Of a stretch of 64,000 bases of DNA, positions 8,666 through 18,359 are shown piece by piece. A program made the translations under genes and the position numbers. The notes under the pieces were generated by a model that was not told the origin of the DNA, did no database searches, and saw nothing but the letters and a program-made list of their open reading frames with translations. The DNA lies in IMG/VR virus record IMGVR_UViG_3300028833_000077; one strand, 5' to 3'. Each line of letters begins with the position of its first letter. Position 1 is the stretch's first letter. This DNA comes from a virus. Taxonomy: Duplodnaviria; Caudoviricetes.

Positions 8666-8719
8666 CATCAACGTTGATGAAAGGTAACTTAGTGTTTAAC
8701 AGTTTAAATTTTAAGAACA

Positions 8720-9673
8720 ATGTCAAATAATGAAGGTGTTTATGTTTTTCCAGATGCAATGACAAAGTCATCTGGTATTGACCCTGGCCTTTTAGCGCTT
8801 CTTAACAATGGAGGTGGCTTCGGCAACAATGGCTACTGGATTTGGATCCTCTTCATGTGGATGATTTGGGGAGGTAATGGTAATTGGGGTAATGGTATGG
8901 GAGGTAATGGACTGCTCTCCAATCAGTTATTCAATACTGAAGGCCGTGATATGCTGCTTCAGGCTATCAATGGCAGGGCTGATGCTCTTGGACAGCTGGC
9001 TCAGATTACCCATACCTCTGTAGAGACTGTGAAGGATGGTATCTTTGCTCTCCAGAATGCAATCAACCAGACTTCCAATCAGGTAGGTATGAGTGGTCTC
9101 CAGACCATCAATGCCATTCAGGCAGGTGATGCTAACATTGCACAGCAAATATGTTCCTGCTGCTGTGAAAACCGTCTGGCTATTGCCAATCAGACCAATG
9201 CTATCCAGGCATCAATGGCTGCTAATCATGCTGCTGCTACTCTTCAGGCTGCCAATAACCAAGCTGCTGCACAGCTTCAGATGGCTAATATTGAGAGTGC
9301 AGACCAGCTTGCCGTATGTAAACAGACCAACACTCTTGCTACTCAGGCAGACCGCAATACCAATACTATCGTAAAGGCTATTGCAGACCAGAATGCCATG
9401 ATCGTAGATCAGTTCTGCCAGCTTAAGGAGCGTGAGTTGCAGTCTAAGATTGACACTCAGGGTGATATCATCACTCAGCTCAGAGGCCAGATTTCAAATG
9501 ATGCCCAGTCTATGGCTTTCAACAAGGCTATCTCAGCTTTGGATGACAAGATTGATGCCATTGCTGCCAAGCAGCCTGCAACAACTCCTGTAATTTACCC
9601 GAATCTGACAGCCGTCAATGCTACACCTTGGATGGGTAACTACTGGGGAGGTGGCCAGAGCTACTGGGGCTAA
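8720..9673 (+). CDS. Gly/Trp-rich membrane-anchored coiled-coil protein with CCC motif, unknown function
   Basis: GGGFGNNGYWIWILFMWMIWGGNGNWG then Q/A/N-rich heptads, CSCCCENR. Confidence 0.75.
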   Translation: MSNNEGVYVFPDAMTKSSGIDPGLLALLNNGGGFGNNGYWIWILFMWMIWGGNGNWGNGMGGNGLLSNQLFNTEGRDMLLQAINGRADALGQLAQITHTSVETVKDGIFALQNAINQTSNQVGMSGLQTINAIQAGDANIAQQICSCCCENRLAIANQTNAIQASMAANHAAATLQAANNQAAAQLQMANIESADQLAVCKQTNTLATQADRNTNTIVKAIADQNAMIVDQFCQLKERELQSKIDTQGDIITQLRGQISNDAQSMAFNKAISALDDKIDAIAAKQPATTPVIYPNLTAVNATPWMGNYWGGGQSYWG

Positions 9674-9692
9674 TACTGAAAGGAGGTAAACT

Positions 9693-10115
9693 ATGGCAGT
9701 TTTTCCGTATCAGTATATTAATGTTCGTGGAATCCCCACTATCAAGACCCAGACAGTAGTGGTGTCAGATTCAGCTGTGACTTTCAAGTTTGCACCTGAC
9801 TTTGACGGTAGGCCCTTCAGAGGATTGATTCTGGTCTACATATCAGAGGCCATTCCTACAGGAACTACCACCACTCTGCCAGTGCAGTTCTCCATGGCAG
9901 GCACTACCAGTACAGTGACTTTCGCTGGAGGTACTGGTGTCACAGTGGCTGACCTGCCTGGTGTAGGTATCTATCTGGTGTACTTTGACAGATGGGCTGA
10001 CACTCTGCAGCTGATTGGCAATGCACCTGCGGCTGCAGCAGTACAGACAACCTCTGACACCACTGGAGGTGAGGATTCAAACAATTCAATGAGAACCGTA
10101 AAAAAGAGTAATTAA
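9693..10115 (+). CDS. Hypothetical beta-rich protein
   Basis: 140-aa ORF preceded by AAGGAGGT. Confidence 0.7.
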   Translation: MAVFPYQYINVRGIPTIKTQTVVVSDSAVTFKFAPDFDGRPFRGLILVYISEAIPTGTTTTLPVQFSMAGTTSTVTFAGGTGVTVADLPGVGIYLVYFDRWADTLQLIGNAPAAAAVQTTSDTTGGEDSNNSMRTVKKSN

Positions 10116-10117
10116 CC

Positions 10118-10609
10118 ATGTTTTCAAACTTAAGCAAAGGCAGTGTCCTCTACGGTCTGGACACTAATGGGGATATGAAGTACTTCACAGCCCCGATAGA
10201 GAGTGTGACAATCCCTTATCCCAAGTACAAGAACAGCACCTATGGGCAGATGCCTGAGATGGTCATGGATATAGTGGCCATAGTCAACGGTGAGAGGAAG
10301 GAGTACAAGCAGGTACCCAGTACCACCACAGTGGCTGACTTCAGTCCTATGACCTTCATATTGGCTGACAACAAGGATTCACTGGTGAACCATATCAAAC
10401 AGTTGAGACAGACCAGCCAGGATGTGCTCAACAGTGTTCCTGAACATGAGGCACGCATACCCAAGTTGGACAGGATACTGGGGGAGATAGACCCCGGTAC
10501 AGCCAATGACAATGCTGTCAAGGAACTGAAGGGTCAGGTAGAGTCCATGCAGAGCCAGATGCAGGAGATGCTTGCCTTGCTTAGGCAGAAAGCACCAAAC
10601 ACCGTTTAA
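10118..10609 (+). CDS. Hypothetical protein with C-terminal coiled coil
   Basis: Tightly coupled ORF in operon. Confidence 0.7.
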   Translation: MFSNLSKGSVLYGLDTNGDMKYFTAPIESVTIPYPKYKNSTYGQMPEMVMDIVAIVNGERKEYKQVPSTTTVADFSPMTFILADNKDSLVNHIKQLRQTSQDVLNSVPEHEARIPKLDRILGEIDPGTANDNAVKELKGQVESMQSQMQEMLALLRQKAPNTV

Positions 10610-10612
10610 GCT

Positions 10613-10825
10613 ATGATGGTAATTAAGTTCAGAAGCAGTGAGGATCACAGTGACCTCATGCACAAGGTAAAGAAGATGCGCAAGTTCACTGAGGAGCTTG
10701 AGGACATTCTCAACGACTGTTATGAAGATGAGCCTGAGTACAGGGGAAGCTATCGCAGGGAGTATGATGAGGATAACCTGAGGTCAAGGATGAGTGGCCG
10801 ATATGGTTATCGTGGCATGAGGTAA
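10613..10825 (+). CDS. Small hypothetical protein
   Basis: 70-aa coupled ORF, R/Y/G-rich tail. Confidence 0.65.
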   Translation: MMVIKFRSSEDHSDLMHKVKKMRKFTEELEDILNDCYEDEPEYRGSYRREYDEDNLRSRMSGRYGYRGMR

Positions 10826-10835
10826 GTCTAACCAT

Positions 10836-10864
10836 GGGGCAGTCACTGTTGGCTGTCCCTTTAT
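10836..10864 (+). terminator. Intergenic hairpin / weak terminator
   Basis: GGGGCAGTCA-CTGT-TGGCTGTCCC then TTTAT. Confidence 0.5.
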
Positions 10865-10877
10865 ACCTATTATATAT

Positions 10878-11294
10878 ATGTACCATACAAGAACTGGAAG
10901 CTACGATGAGATTCCTGAGGGAATGAAGCGATACATCAACAACTATGGCTGCCACTTCAACAAGAAGCTGTGTGATTTTGCCACATCAAGGATGTACAAG
11001 GAGGTGAATGGCAAGAAGCAGTACATCACTCCTTATACCAAGGAACAGACTGATGCGCTGTTGAAGCAGTATAATGTCCAAGTGGAGAGGAACACTTTGT
11101 ATGATGGTTGCTACGTTATTAACATGGGAAAGGCCGACTACTTTGGTAGTTCCATTCCTAATGAGCAGTGTCTTGCCAAGTATGTGAAGGATGTGCTGGA
11201 TGATGCAGATGCAGATGATGGGTACGTGTTTAACTCATTTTATGCAAAATGCATGTTCTGCAATGTCCCTATTGACTGGGAGGAATATATTTGA
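10878..11294 (+). CDS. Hypothetical phage protein
   Basis: 138-aa ORF; YG.HFNKKLC.FA, NM.KADY, PIDWEE motifs. Confidence 0.7.
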   Translation: MYHTRTGSYDEIPEGMKRYINNYGCHFNKKLCDFATSRMYKEVNGKKQYITPYTKEQTDALLKQYNVQVERNTLYDGCYVINMGKADYFGSSIPNEQCLAKYVKDVLDDADADDGYVFNSFYAKCMFCNVPIDWEEYI

Positions 11295-11325
11295 AAAGGA
11301 GGGGGTTAAATAACCCCCTCTTTAT
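11294..11325. terminator. Bidirectional terminator between convergent genes
   Basis: GAGGGGGTTA / TAACCCCCTC perfect inverted repeat with A- and T-rich flanks. Confidence 0.75.
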
Positions 11326-12127
11326 ATACAAATCTATACTTTCTTGGATTTAGAGATTTAATTTTTCTACAAATGTTACTAGTAGATGTATTAAAACTTT
11401 GTGCAGCTTCTAAAACTGAATCCCATTCAGCTATGAGATTTCCGTTTAAATCATACTGCTGTACAGCCTTGATTCTGGTATCTCTTCTTTTGTTGTATTG
11501 TATATTATCGACCCGGCTACTAGTCCAAATAAACCCTCCTGCTGATAAAGTATTGTCATCTAGAACTTCACATATATGACTCGCTCCAGTCTGTCTTTCA
11601 GCTTCCTCCATAGAGAAATACTCCCCAAGATATTTTCCGTCCAGAGTGTATTGGTAAACCGTTTTAGGAGCACTTGCCCCATTAGTGATTTTTCTTTTTT
11701 CAAGACTTTTCTTTACTGCCTCTTTTGTGTAAACACTCTCATTACAATGTTGCCGTGTCAATATATTGTTTGCATTTTCTTTATGAGTTACCCAACGCAA
11801 GTTTTCTATTCTATAATCTTGTGTATTAGTATTAATATGGTCGACTTCTGGTTTATTATACGGGTTTGGGATAAATGCGATTGCCATCAATCTATGAATA
11901 TAAGTTGTCCTCGCTTTTCCATTTTTATACAGCCTAACATAAGGGTACCCTCTAGATGCCCTGTATTTATGCAAGATAATCTCTTTAATGGTTTCTGGCT
12001 CTTGATTATCTATTATCTGTCTAACGTTTCCAAAATTAGATATATAATACTCAAAATCATATCCCACAATCGGTTTCCAGATTTCAATGCCAGCATCTGT
12101 AAGCTGCAACAATTCTTCATATGTCAT
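11306..12127 (-). CDS. Free-standing NUMOD4-HNH homing endonuclease with NUMOD1-like repeats
   Basis: EIWKPIVGY..Y.ISNFGNVR; IHRLMA.AFIPNP..KPEVDHIN....DYRIENLRWVT..EN; VYQYTLDG and VQQYDLNG repeats; AT-rich, antisense to the operon. Confidence 0.9.
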   Translation of the reverse strand: MTYEELLQLTDAGIEIWKPIVGYDFEYYISNFGNVRQIIDNQEPETIKEIILHKYRASRGYPYVRLYKNGKARTTYIHRLMAIAFIPNPYNKPEVDHINTNTQDYRIENLRWVTHKENANNILTRQHCNESVYTKEAVKKSLEKRKITNGASAPKTVYQYTLDGKYLGEYFSMEEAERQTGASHICEVLDDNTLSAGGFIWTSSRVDNIQYNKRRDTRIKAVQQYDLNGNLIAEWDSVLEAAQSFNTSTSNICRKIKSLNPRKYRFVYKEGVI

Positions 12128-12228
12128 TATTCTGTCAACTATATAAAACTAATTCAACAATTAAAGAGAGGAGAGAGGGTGTTAACTTCCCCTTTGTCAG
12201 TTGGTAGCTGCTCCAACCTATCTTGGTA

Positions 12229-12236
12229 CAAAAGTA
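12229..12236 (-). promoter_or_regulatory. Promoter -7 box for the HNH gene (TACTTTTG on minus strand)
   Basis: CAAAAGTA on plus strand about 100 nt upstream of the HNH start. Confidence 0.55.
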
Positions 12237-12286
12237 CTAAATTTTACTTTAATCCGCAAATTTTAAGCATTAAAAATCAATAAATT

Positions 12287-12688
12287 ATGATAAAACAGAC
12301 ATTTGATGTAGAACACTACTGGAGAGTTGTCATCCTCTATGATTGGGATGGCAACTTTCTTTATGATGCCGTCCATGAGTTGCATGATGCAGGATTCACC
12401 AGAGAGTTTGTAGGACAGGTAATGACAGTTATGTTCCTCAGGCTTGCAAAAGCAGTGACATGCAGCAACACCAGAGACCACATCAGTGTAGTGATATTTA
12501 ACCATCATGATACAGTGGAGGACTACATCAGTTCAATAGTCCATGAGGCAGAGCATGTCAAGCAGGCCATGCTGGATGCCTATGATGTAGAGGATGCAGG
12601 GGAGCCTCCTGCCTATACCATTGGTTACTTGGTGATGAGGATGTATGAGGTATTCAAGGAGTTAACCTGTCCTTGTAGTCCTGCTTAG
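12287..12688 (+). CDS. Small HExxH (zincin-like) protein
   Basis: SIVHEAEHVKQ...GEPPAY motif. Confidence 0.6.
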   Translation: MIKQTFDVEHYWRVVILYDWDGNFLYDAVHELHDAGFTREFVGQVMTVMFLRLAKAVTCSNTRDHISVVIFNHHDTVEDYISSIVHEAEHVKQAMLDAYDVEDAGEPPAYTIGYLVMRMYEVFKELTCPCSPA

Positions 12689-12735
12689 GGCTGTCCTTAA
12701 CTTCTTGTCTGTCTGGTTGGTACATTCTATCTTTG
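12675..12735 (+). promoter_or_regulatory. Promoter (TATCTTTG at 12728) with phased TTA elements
   Basis: GTAG/TTAG/TTAA at -53/-43/-31. Confidence 0.65.
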
Positions 12736-12762
12736 CAGCATAATCTTAAAAACTTTAGACAC

Positions 12763-13605
12763 ATGAATGTACCAAGTTATAGTGCCCTGCAAGACAGGGA
12801 AAGAAGGATCAGGACTCTTCAGGAATTGTGTGAGGTTGTAGGCAAGCTGGAGAAGGAGCTGCATCCCAAGAATGTATCGGAACTCAATAATGATGCAGGA
12901 TACATCAATTCCCATGATAATGCCATTGTAGAACTGAACCAGCAGGTGTATACCCTCAAGAAGTCATTGGGTGACCTTGGAGGCAGTGCTGTCTTTGAGA
13001 TGCCTGACTATCTGGGCCACTCCTTCAATGCCCTCATGGGAAACAATGGGACAGTCAAGCTCTCTGAGGATGTATCCACAGGAAGATTCGGACCTGGCAT
13101 CTTGGCCAGCAATAAGGTCACTCTCGACATTAATGGTCACTCCCTCATCTTCCCCAGCCTCTCTTCCAGTCAAGCAGGCATCATGGCAAGGGGGACCCAG
13201 GAGATAATCATCAAGGGCAAGGGTACCATTGACTCTGGTACAGGCATGGCAGTGATGTGCAATGGTAAGGGTGCGGTCATTAACCTGACAGGTTCCACTA
13301 CAGTGTATACAGCCAACAGGCCCGGTGCAGAACTCATCTATTGCTATCAGGGAACCATCAACATCACCAATGGCACCTTCAGGAACAGTGCATCCCCATA
13401 TCTGCTCAACTGCTATGATGCCAACTACAAGAATGGTACTGCACAGATCATTGTGACTGGTGGAAAGTTCTATGACTTTGACCCCAGCAACTGTATATCA
13501 GAGGGAATCCCAACAAGCTTTGTGCCTGAAGGATATGTAGTCACCAGTGCTATTGTCGTGGAGGATGAGGAGCAACACACTGTCTATACTGTGAAGAAGG
13601 CTTGA
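12763..13605 (+). CDS. Putative fibre-like protein with beta-helix-type C-terminal domain
   Basis: KNVSELNNDAGYI fibre motif; INITNGTF and IIVTGGKF repeats; ATG 12763 preferred over the TTG in the promoter box. Confidence 0.55.
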   Translation: MNVPSYSALQDRERRIRTLQELCEVVGKLEKELHPKNVSELNNDAGYINSHDNAIVELNQQVYTLKKSLGDLGGSAVFEMPDYLGHSFNALMGNNGTVKLSEDVSTGRFGPGILASNKVTLDINGHSLIFPSLSSSQAGIMARGTQEIIIKGKGTIDSGTGMAVMCNGKGAVINLTGSTTVYTANRPGAELIYCYQGTINITNGTFRNSASPYLLNCYDANYKNGTAQIIVTGGKFYDFDPSNCISEGIPTSFVPEGYVVTSAIVVEDEEQHTVYTVKKA

Positions 13606-13631
13606 GGCAATAAGGAGGAGTAGAGGTTTTT

Positions 13632-16600
13632 ATGGAGAACATAAGATGGAACAAGTGCCAGACTCCACTGGAGGAGCTCTGTTGCACTGTAGAGGATAAG
13701 GTAATCAGATTTCAAGATACACCAAAGGAAGTTCAGGAGAATTTCTGGGATTTCATCAACAATGTGCCCTTCATCAGATGGATGATTTCCCCTGACAGGC
13801 CATTGGTGTCTGAGCTCCCAAGGGATGAGCAGGGTAGGGCAATCATTGATGTGACCAAGCCGCCTATACTGGAGGATACGGAGTTCTTCAGGCAAATGGC
13901 TTTCAAGTGGCAAGAAGTAAGACAGTATACCTCATTAAGGCCAAATAGGAATCCTCAGAGTGACTTTGGCAAATGGCTTCTTGAAGAGAGGAAGAGGAGT
14001 TGGGATGGACTGGTGAATCCCAACACAGGCATGTGGATAACTGGAGACCAGTACTTCTTCCTGAACTACTGCCCCATTCAGCTTATCAGGAAGGATGAGA
14101 CTGGCAAGAACAACCGTGTCATAGACTTTCCTGATTTTTGGGATGGCCACTTCCTGATTTATCATTACCTACAGAAGGCCAGACAGTCTGGGCATCATGC
14201 AGCAGAGCTTGCATCGCGTGGTAAAGGTAAGGCACACCCCTATAGCCAGACAGTAATGACTCCTGATGGACAGAAACTGTGGCGAGACATCAAGGTAGGG
14301 GACCTCCTGTATGATGAGAGGGGTGGAACCACTAGAGTGATTGTCATTCCTTTTGATGATGTAGCACCAGTCTATGAGCTTACTCTTGCAGATGGCAGAA
14401 AGGTCAGGTGCTCTGAAGGGCATCTTTGGAATGTGTACTGGCATGGATGGAGCAACAATGAGATAGTCACTATAGACACAGCCAAGGTACGTGACAAATA
14501 TGTAACCAGTAGGAAGATATGTCCCAGGAACCCAAAGGGTATAGAGTACCATATGAGCATTCCTGCTTGTGACGAGGTTGAGATGCCCTACAGAGAAGTC
14601 CCTATTGACCCATATACATTAGGAGTACTCTTGGGAGATGGAAGCTTCAGGTCACAAACTGCCAAGAACTATGCCAGACTTACCAAGACCGTAGAGGATT
14701 GGGAGGAAATGAAGGACCATATTCCATATGACTGGGAGAGGGTAAACAAGGGTAGAGATATAATCATCCGTTCAGAAGGTATAGTGGCTATACTACAAGA
14801 GCTTGGCCTTTGGGGAAAGTTGTCTACAGAGAAGCATATACCAGAGTGCTACATCAACAACTCCATACATGTCAGGAAAGAGCTCCTCCGTGGATTGATG
14901 GATACTGATGGAAGTATGCATGAGGCAAGGATTGAGCTGGACTTGAGTTCCTATCAGCTCATCCAAGATATCATCAGGATATGCCAGTCTTTGGGATATA
15001 GCTACAGGCTCCACAGTAGGGTGGGAAAATACAAATCCAATGGAGTGACTCATGTGTGCAATACTTCATACAGGTTGAAAATCTACACACAGAAGATAAG
15101 AGGCTACTTGTCCAGGAAGAATGCCATGCTTGATGCTAGAAGCAAAAGCAACTATGCTAACAGTAAGATACGAGGCATAAAGATAATCAATGTCGAATAT
15201 GTGGGTACAGAAAGATGCAAGTGTGTCACTGTGGACAATCCTACCCACCTTTATCTGATAGGTGACTATATTGTTACCCACAACTCATACTGTGGTGCAG
15301 AGCTGCTGACAAAGAGATTCCTTTTTGGAGAGAGTACCCTTGTCAGGAAAAAGGTGCAGTGTGTGGTGACAGCAGCGGATAGGAAGTATATCTATGGTGC
15401 CAACCAGATACTCAATATGTTCTGCAGCAATGTTGACTTTATTGCAGCCAACACTCAATTCCCGTCAAGCAGGCTTGTAGACTCTGCACAGTCACTGACT
15501 TGGGTGTCTGGCTACAAAGACAAGACTGGTGTAAGAAAGGGTTCTGGAAACAGTCTTATGGGTATTACCTCAGGAGATGACCAGTCCAAGTTGAATGGTT
15601 CCCGTGGTGTGCTGTACCTAATTGAGGAGGCAGGTATCTTCAAGAACCTCATGAGCCTGTACCAGATGATACGGCCATCAGTGGAGGATGGTACCTCTGT
15701 CTATGGGCAGATATTTGCATATGGCACCAGTGGTGATGATATGTCTGACTTTACATCCCTTCAGGAGATTATGTACAACCCGAGAGGTTACAATATGCAC
15801 CCACTGCCTAATGTGTATGACAAAGAGGGACAGGGCAGGCCAGAGTTCACCTTCTTCTATCCAGCATACATGAACCGTTCGGGGTGTATGGACAAGGATG
15901 GTAACTCAGATATTACAAAAGCATTACTTGAGATATTGATGGATAGGTACAATGTCAAGTACAATTCTACTGACATCAATGCCATCACCAAACGTGTGTC
16001 CCAGTATCCCATCACCCCTCAAGAGGCCATTATCAGGTCACATGGCAGCATCTTCCCAGTCACTGAACTCAATGAGAGACTGAACCAAATAGACAACAAT
16101 CCCAATGAATATGATGATGTCTATGTTGGCAATCTGGTGATGAATTCCAAGGATGGCAGTGTAGAGTTCAAGCCTACTTCAGACCAACCTATCAGGGAAT
16201 TTCCAACCAAGGACAATAAAGTGGTGGGTGCAATAGAGATATACTGTATGCCACAGAAGGGGCCTGACGGCAAGATTCCTCCTGGGAGATATATTGCAGG
16301 TGCCGACCCATTCATCAATGATACCGCCAATACCATGTCATTGGGTTCCTTCTTGATGCTGGACACATGGACAGACACACTGGTTATGGAATATACAGGA
16401 AGACCTATGTTTGCTGATGACTATTATGAGATATGTAGGTTGGCTTGTTTGTTCTACAATGCCACAGTACTCTTTGAGGCAAACAAAAAAGGTTACTTCC
16501 CATACTTCACCCAGAAGAACAGCTCACATCTGCTGGCTGATACTCCCGAGTACCTGCTAGACAAACAGCTCATCAAGGGCTTGGGATACGGCAATACTAG

Positions 16601-16994
16601 GAAAGGTGTAACCACTACAGTACCCATCAAGAACTATGGCTTTGGACTCATTAGGGACTGGCTGCTGAAACCTGTTGTGAAGATTGTCAAGAATGAGCAG
16701 GGAGAGGATGAAGAGATAACCATATCCAATCTATACAACATCAGGAACAGGGCTTTGTTGAAGGAGCTGATACTGTATAACCCACAAATCAATGTAGACC
16801 GTATCATGGCTTTGGTGATGCTGATGATATACAGAGAGGAGAAGATGGCCTTATTCCAAGGCAACTTGAAGCAGGAATTACAACTCTCTGAGATGGAGGC
16901 AGCTGAATATTGGGATAAGAACTATCCTGGGAAGAAGGATGTGTATGGCAGTAAAAAGTTTGACAGCTATTCCTGGGATAAGGGCAATTTCTAA
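13632..16994 (+). CDS. terL: Terminase large subunit (intein-containing)
   Basis: Walker A RGKGK|S split by intein, Walker B YLIEEAG, YGTSG coupling motif, nuclease YIAGADP...FEANK...DRIMAL. Confidence 0.92.
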   Translation: MENIRWNKCQTPLEELCCTVEDKVIRFQDTPKEVQENFWDFINNVPFIRWMISPDRPLVSELPRDEQGRAIIDVTKPPILEDTEFFRQMAFKWQEVRQYTSLRPNRNPQSDFGKWLLEERKRSWDGLVNPNTGMWITGDQYFFLNYCPIQLIRKDETGKNNRVIDFPDFWDGHFLIYHYLQKARQSGHHAAELASRGKGKAHPYSQTVMTPDGQKLWRDIKVGDLLYDERGGTTRVIVIPFDDVAPVYELTLADGRKVRCSEGHLWNVYWHGWSNNEIVTIDTAKVRDKYVTSRKICPRNPKGIEYHMSIPACDEVEMPYREVPIDPYTLGVLLGDGSFRSQTAKNYARLTKTVEDWEEMKDHIPYDWERVNKGRDIIIRSEGIVAILQELGLWGKLSTEKHIPECYINNSIHVRKELLRGLMDTDGSMHEARIELDLSSYQLIQDIIRICQSLGYSYRLHSRVGKYKSNGVTHVCNTSYRLKIYTQKIRGYLSRKNAMLDARSKSNYANSKIRGIKIINVEYVGTERCKCVTVDNPTHLYLIGDYIVTHNSYCGAELLTKRFLFGESTLVRKKVQCVVTAADRKYIYGANQILNMFCSNVDFIAANTQFPSSRLVDSAQSLTWVSGYKDKTGVRKGSGNSLMGITSGDDQSKLNGSRGVLYLIEEAGIFKNLMSLYQMIRPSVEDGTSVYGQIFAYGTSGDDMSDFTSLQEIMYNPRGYNMHPLPNVYDKEGQGRPEFTFFYPAYMNRSGCMDKDGNSDITKALLEILMDRYNVKYNSTDINAITKRVSQYPITPQEAIIRSHGSIFPVTELNERLNQIDNNPNEYDDVYVGNLVMNSKDGSVEFKPTSDQPIREFPTKDNKVVGAIEIYCMPQKGPDGKIPPGRYIAGADPFINDTANTMSLGSFLMLDTWTDTLVMEYTGRPMFADDYYEICRLACLFYNATVLFEANKKGYFPYFTQKNSSHLLADTPEYLLDKQLIKGLGYGNTRKGVTTTVPIKNYGFGLIRDWLLKPVVKIVKNEQGEDEEITISNLYNIRNRALLKELILYNPQINVDRIMALVMLMIYREEKMALFQGNLKQELQLSEMEAAEYWDKNYPGKKDVYGSKKFDSYSWDKGNF
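14232..15284 (+). mobile_element. 351-aa LAGLIDADG intein, Ala1 start, class-3 (WCT) signature
   Basis: AHPY...CSEGHLW...LGVLLGDGS...LLRGLMDTDG...CKCVTVD...IVTHN|S; removal restores RGKGKS. Confidence 0.92.
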
Positions 16995-17002
16995 TCAGCT
17001 TA

Positions 17003-17064
17003 CTAATAGCCACTTAAGGAAGTGTTAAGCTTTCAAGGCAGGACACCTTATTTATGTATTTTTG
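17003..17064 (+). promoter_or_regulatory. Promoter (TATTTTTG at 17057) for the capsid operon
   Basis: CTAA/TTAA/TTAA at -54/-43/-32. Confidence 0.65.
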
Positions 17065-17100
17065 CAGACAGAAGATAGTAGAAACCAAAAGAGAAGTAAA

Positions 17101-18306
17101 ATGGAAGGTTTAGATTTCAACAACATCCTTAGTGCTGGAGAGGTGGACACATTGTTCCAAGAGCCTGAGGATACTACTGAGGAGGAGACCTCAGCAGAGA
17201 AGGGGAGTAAAGCCCCCGATGAACATGGTGATACAGGAAACAAGACTACTGAGACTGATTCAGGTGAGCTCTTTGGAGGCTTTGAAGAGGAGCCGGAGAA
17301 GAAGGGGGATAAGGAACCTGAGCAGTCAGAGAGCGTAGGTAGTGGAAAAGAAACAGAAGGTGAGGGAGATTCCTCCACTGATGGCAGTGGCGGCTCTTCT
17401 CCAAATGAAAACCTCTACTCTTCCATGGCCGACGCTCTGGCAGAGGATGGAGTCTTCCCAAACCTTGATGAAGAGACCGTAAGGAATGCTACTGATGCAG
17501 AGTCCCTCAGCGACCTGTTTGAGCAGGAGGTTCTTGCAAGACTGGATGACAAGACAAGACGTGTGGCAAAGGCCTTGGAGAATGGCATAGAGCCCACTGA
17601 TGTCAGAAAGTATGAGAACACCTTGGACTTCATCCACTCCATCAAGGAGTCGGATCTCAATGAGGAGAGTGAGAAGGGAGAGCAGCTCAGGCGCAACCTC
17701 ATCTATCAGGACTACATCAACAAGGGCTATTCAGCAGAGAGGGCTCAGAAGCTCACCCAGCGTTCCCTTGACAATGGCACTGATGTGGAGGATGCAAAGG
17801 ATGCACTTCAAGGCAATCTGGAGTTCTTCCAGAAAGCCTATGACAATCTCCTTCAGGAGGCTGAGCAAGAGGCTCAGGCGGCCAAGGTGGAGAGGAAGAA
17901 GCAGACTGAGAAGCTCAAGGACGGCATCATGAAGGACAAGTCGGTGATGGGTGATATGGATATCTCCCTTGACATGAGGAGGAAGACATTCGACAACATC
18001 ACCAAGCCTGTCTACAGAGATCCTGAGACTGGCGAGTATCTCACAGCACTCCAGAAGTATGAGTCTGAGCATAGGGCTGACTTCCTCAAGTATGCAGGTC
18101 TCTTCTATACCCTGACCAATGGATTCAAGGACTTCAAGTCCTTCACCAAGGGACAGGTCAAGACGGAAGTAAGGAAAGGTCTGAGAGAGCTGGAGGCCAA
18201 GCTCAGTAATACAAAGAGGAGTTCTGACGGCAGTCTTAAGATGGTATCTACTGTAAAGGATGATCCCGAGTCCTACTTTGGAGATGGCTTCAGGCTTGAC
18301 ATTTAA
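17101..18306 (+). CDS. Acidic scaffold-like protein upstream of the major capsid gene
   Basis: Very acidic low-complexity N-half, helical C-half; typical crAss-like position; ATG 17101 preferred. Confidence 0.65.
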   Translation: MEGLDFNNILSAGEVDTLFQEPEDTTEEETSAEKGSKAPDEHGDTGNKTTETDSGELFGGFEEEPEKKGDKEPEQSESVGSGKETEGEGDSSTDGSGGSSPNENLYSSMADALAEDGVFPNLDEETVRNATDAESLSDLFEQEVLARLDDKTRRVAKALENGIEPTDVRKYENTLDFIHSIKESDLNEESEKGEQLRRNLIYQDYINKGYSAERAQKLTQRSLDNGTDVEDAKDALQGNLEFFQKAYDNLLQEAEQEAQAAKVERKKQTEKLKDGIMKDKSVMGDMDISLDMRRKTFDNITKPVYRDPETGEYLTALQKYESEHRADFLKYAGLFYTLTNGFKDFKSFTKGQVKTEVRKGLRELEAKLSNTKRSSDGSLKMVSTVKDDPESYFGDGFRLDI

Positions 18307-18359
18307 AGACTTTTCCATCAGATTTGGAAAGTAGTTTTTAATGTTAAAATAGAAGTGAA

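Noticed and set aside
11576-12283. 235-aa plus-strand ORF
   Set aside because: Antisense shadow of the HNH gene, with no motifs
1061-17064. TTG starts at 1061, 12733 and 17062 given by the ORF track
   Set aside because: Each TTG is the end of a TAnnTTTG promoter box; downstream ATGs are more plausible
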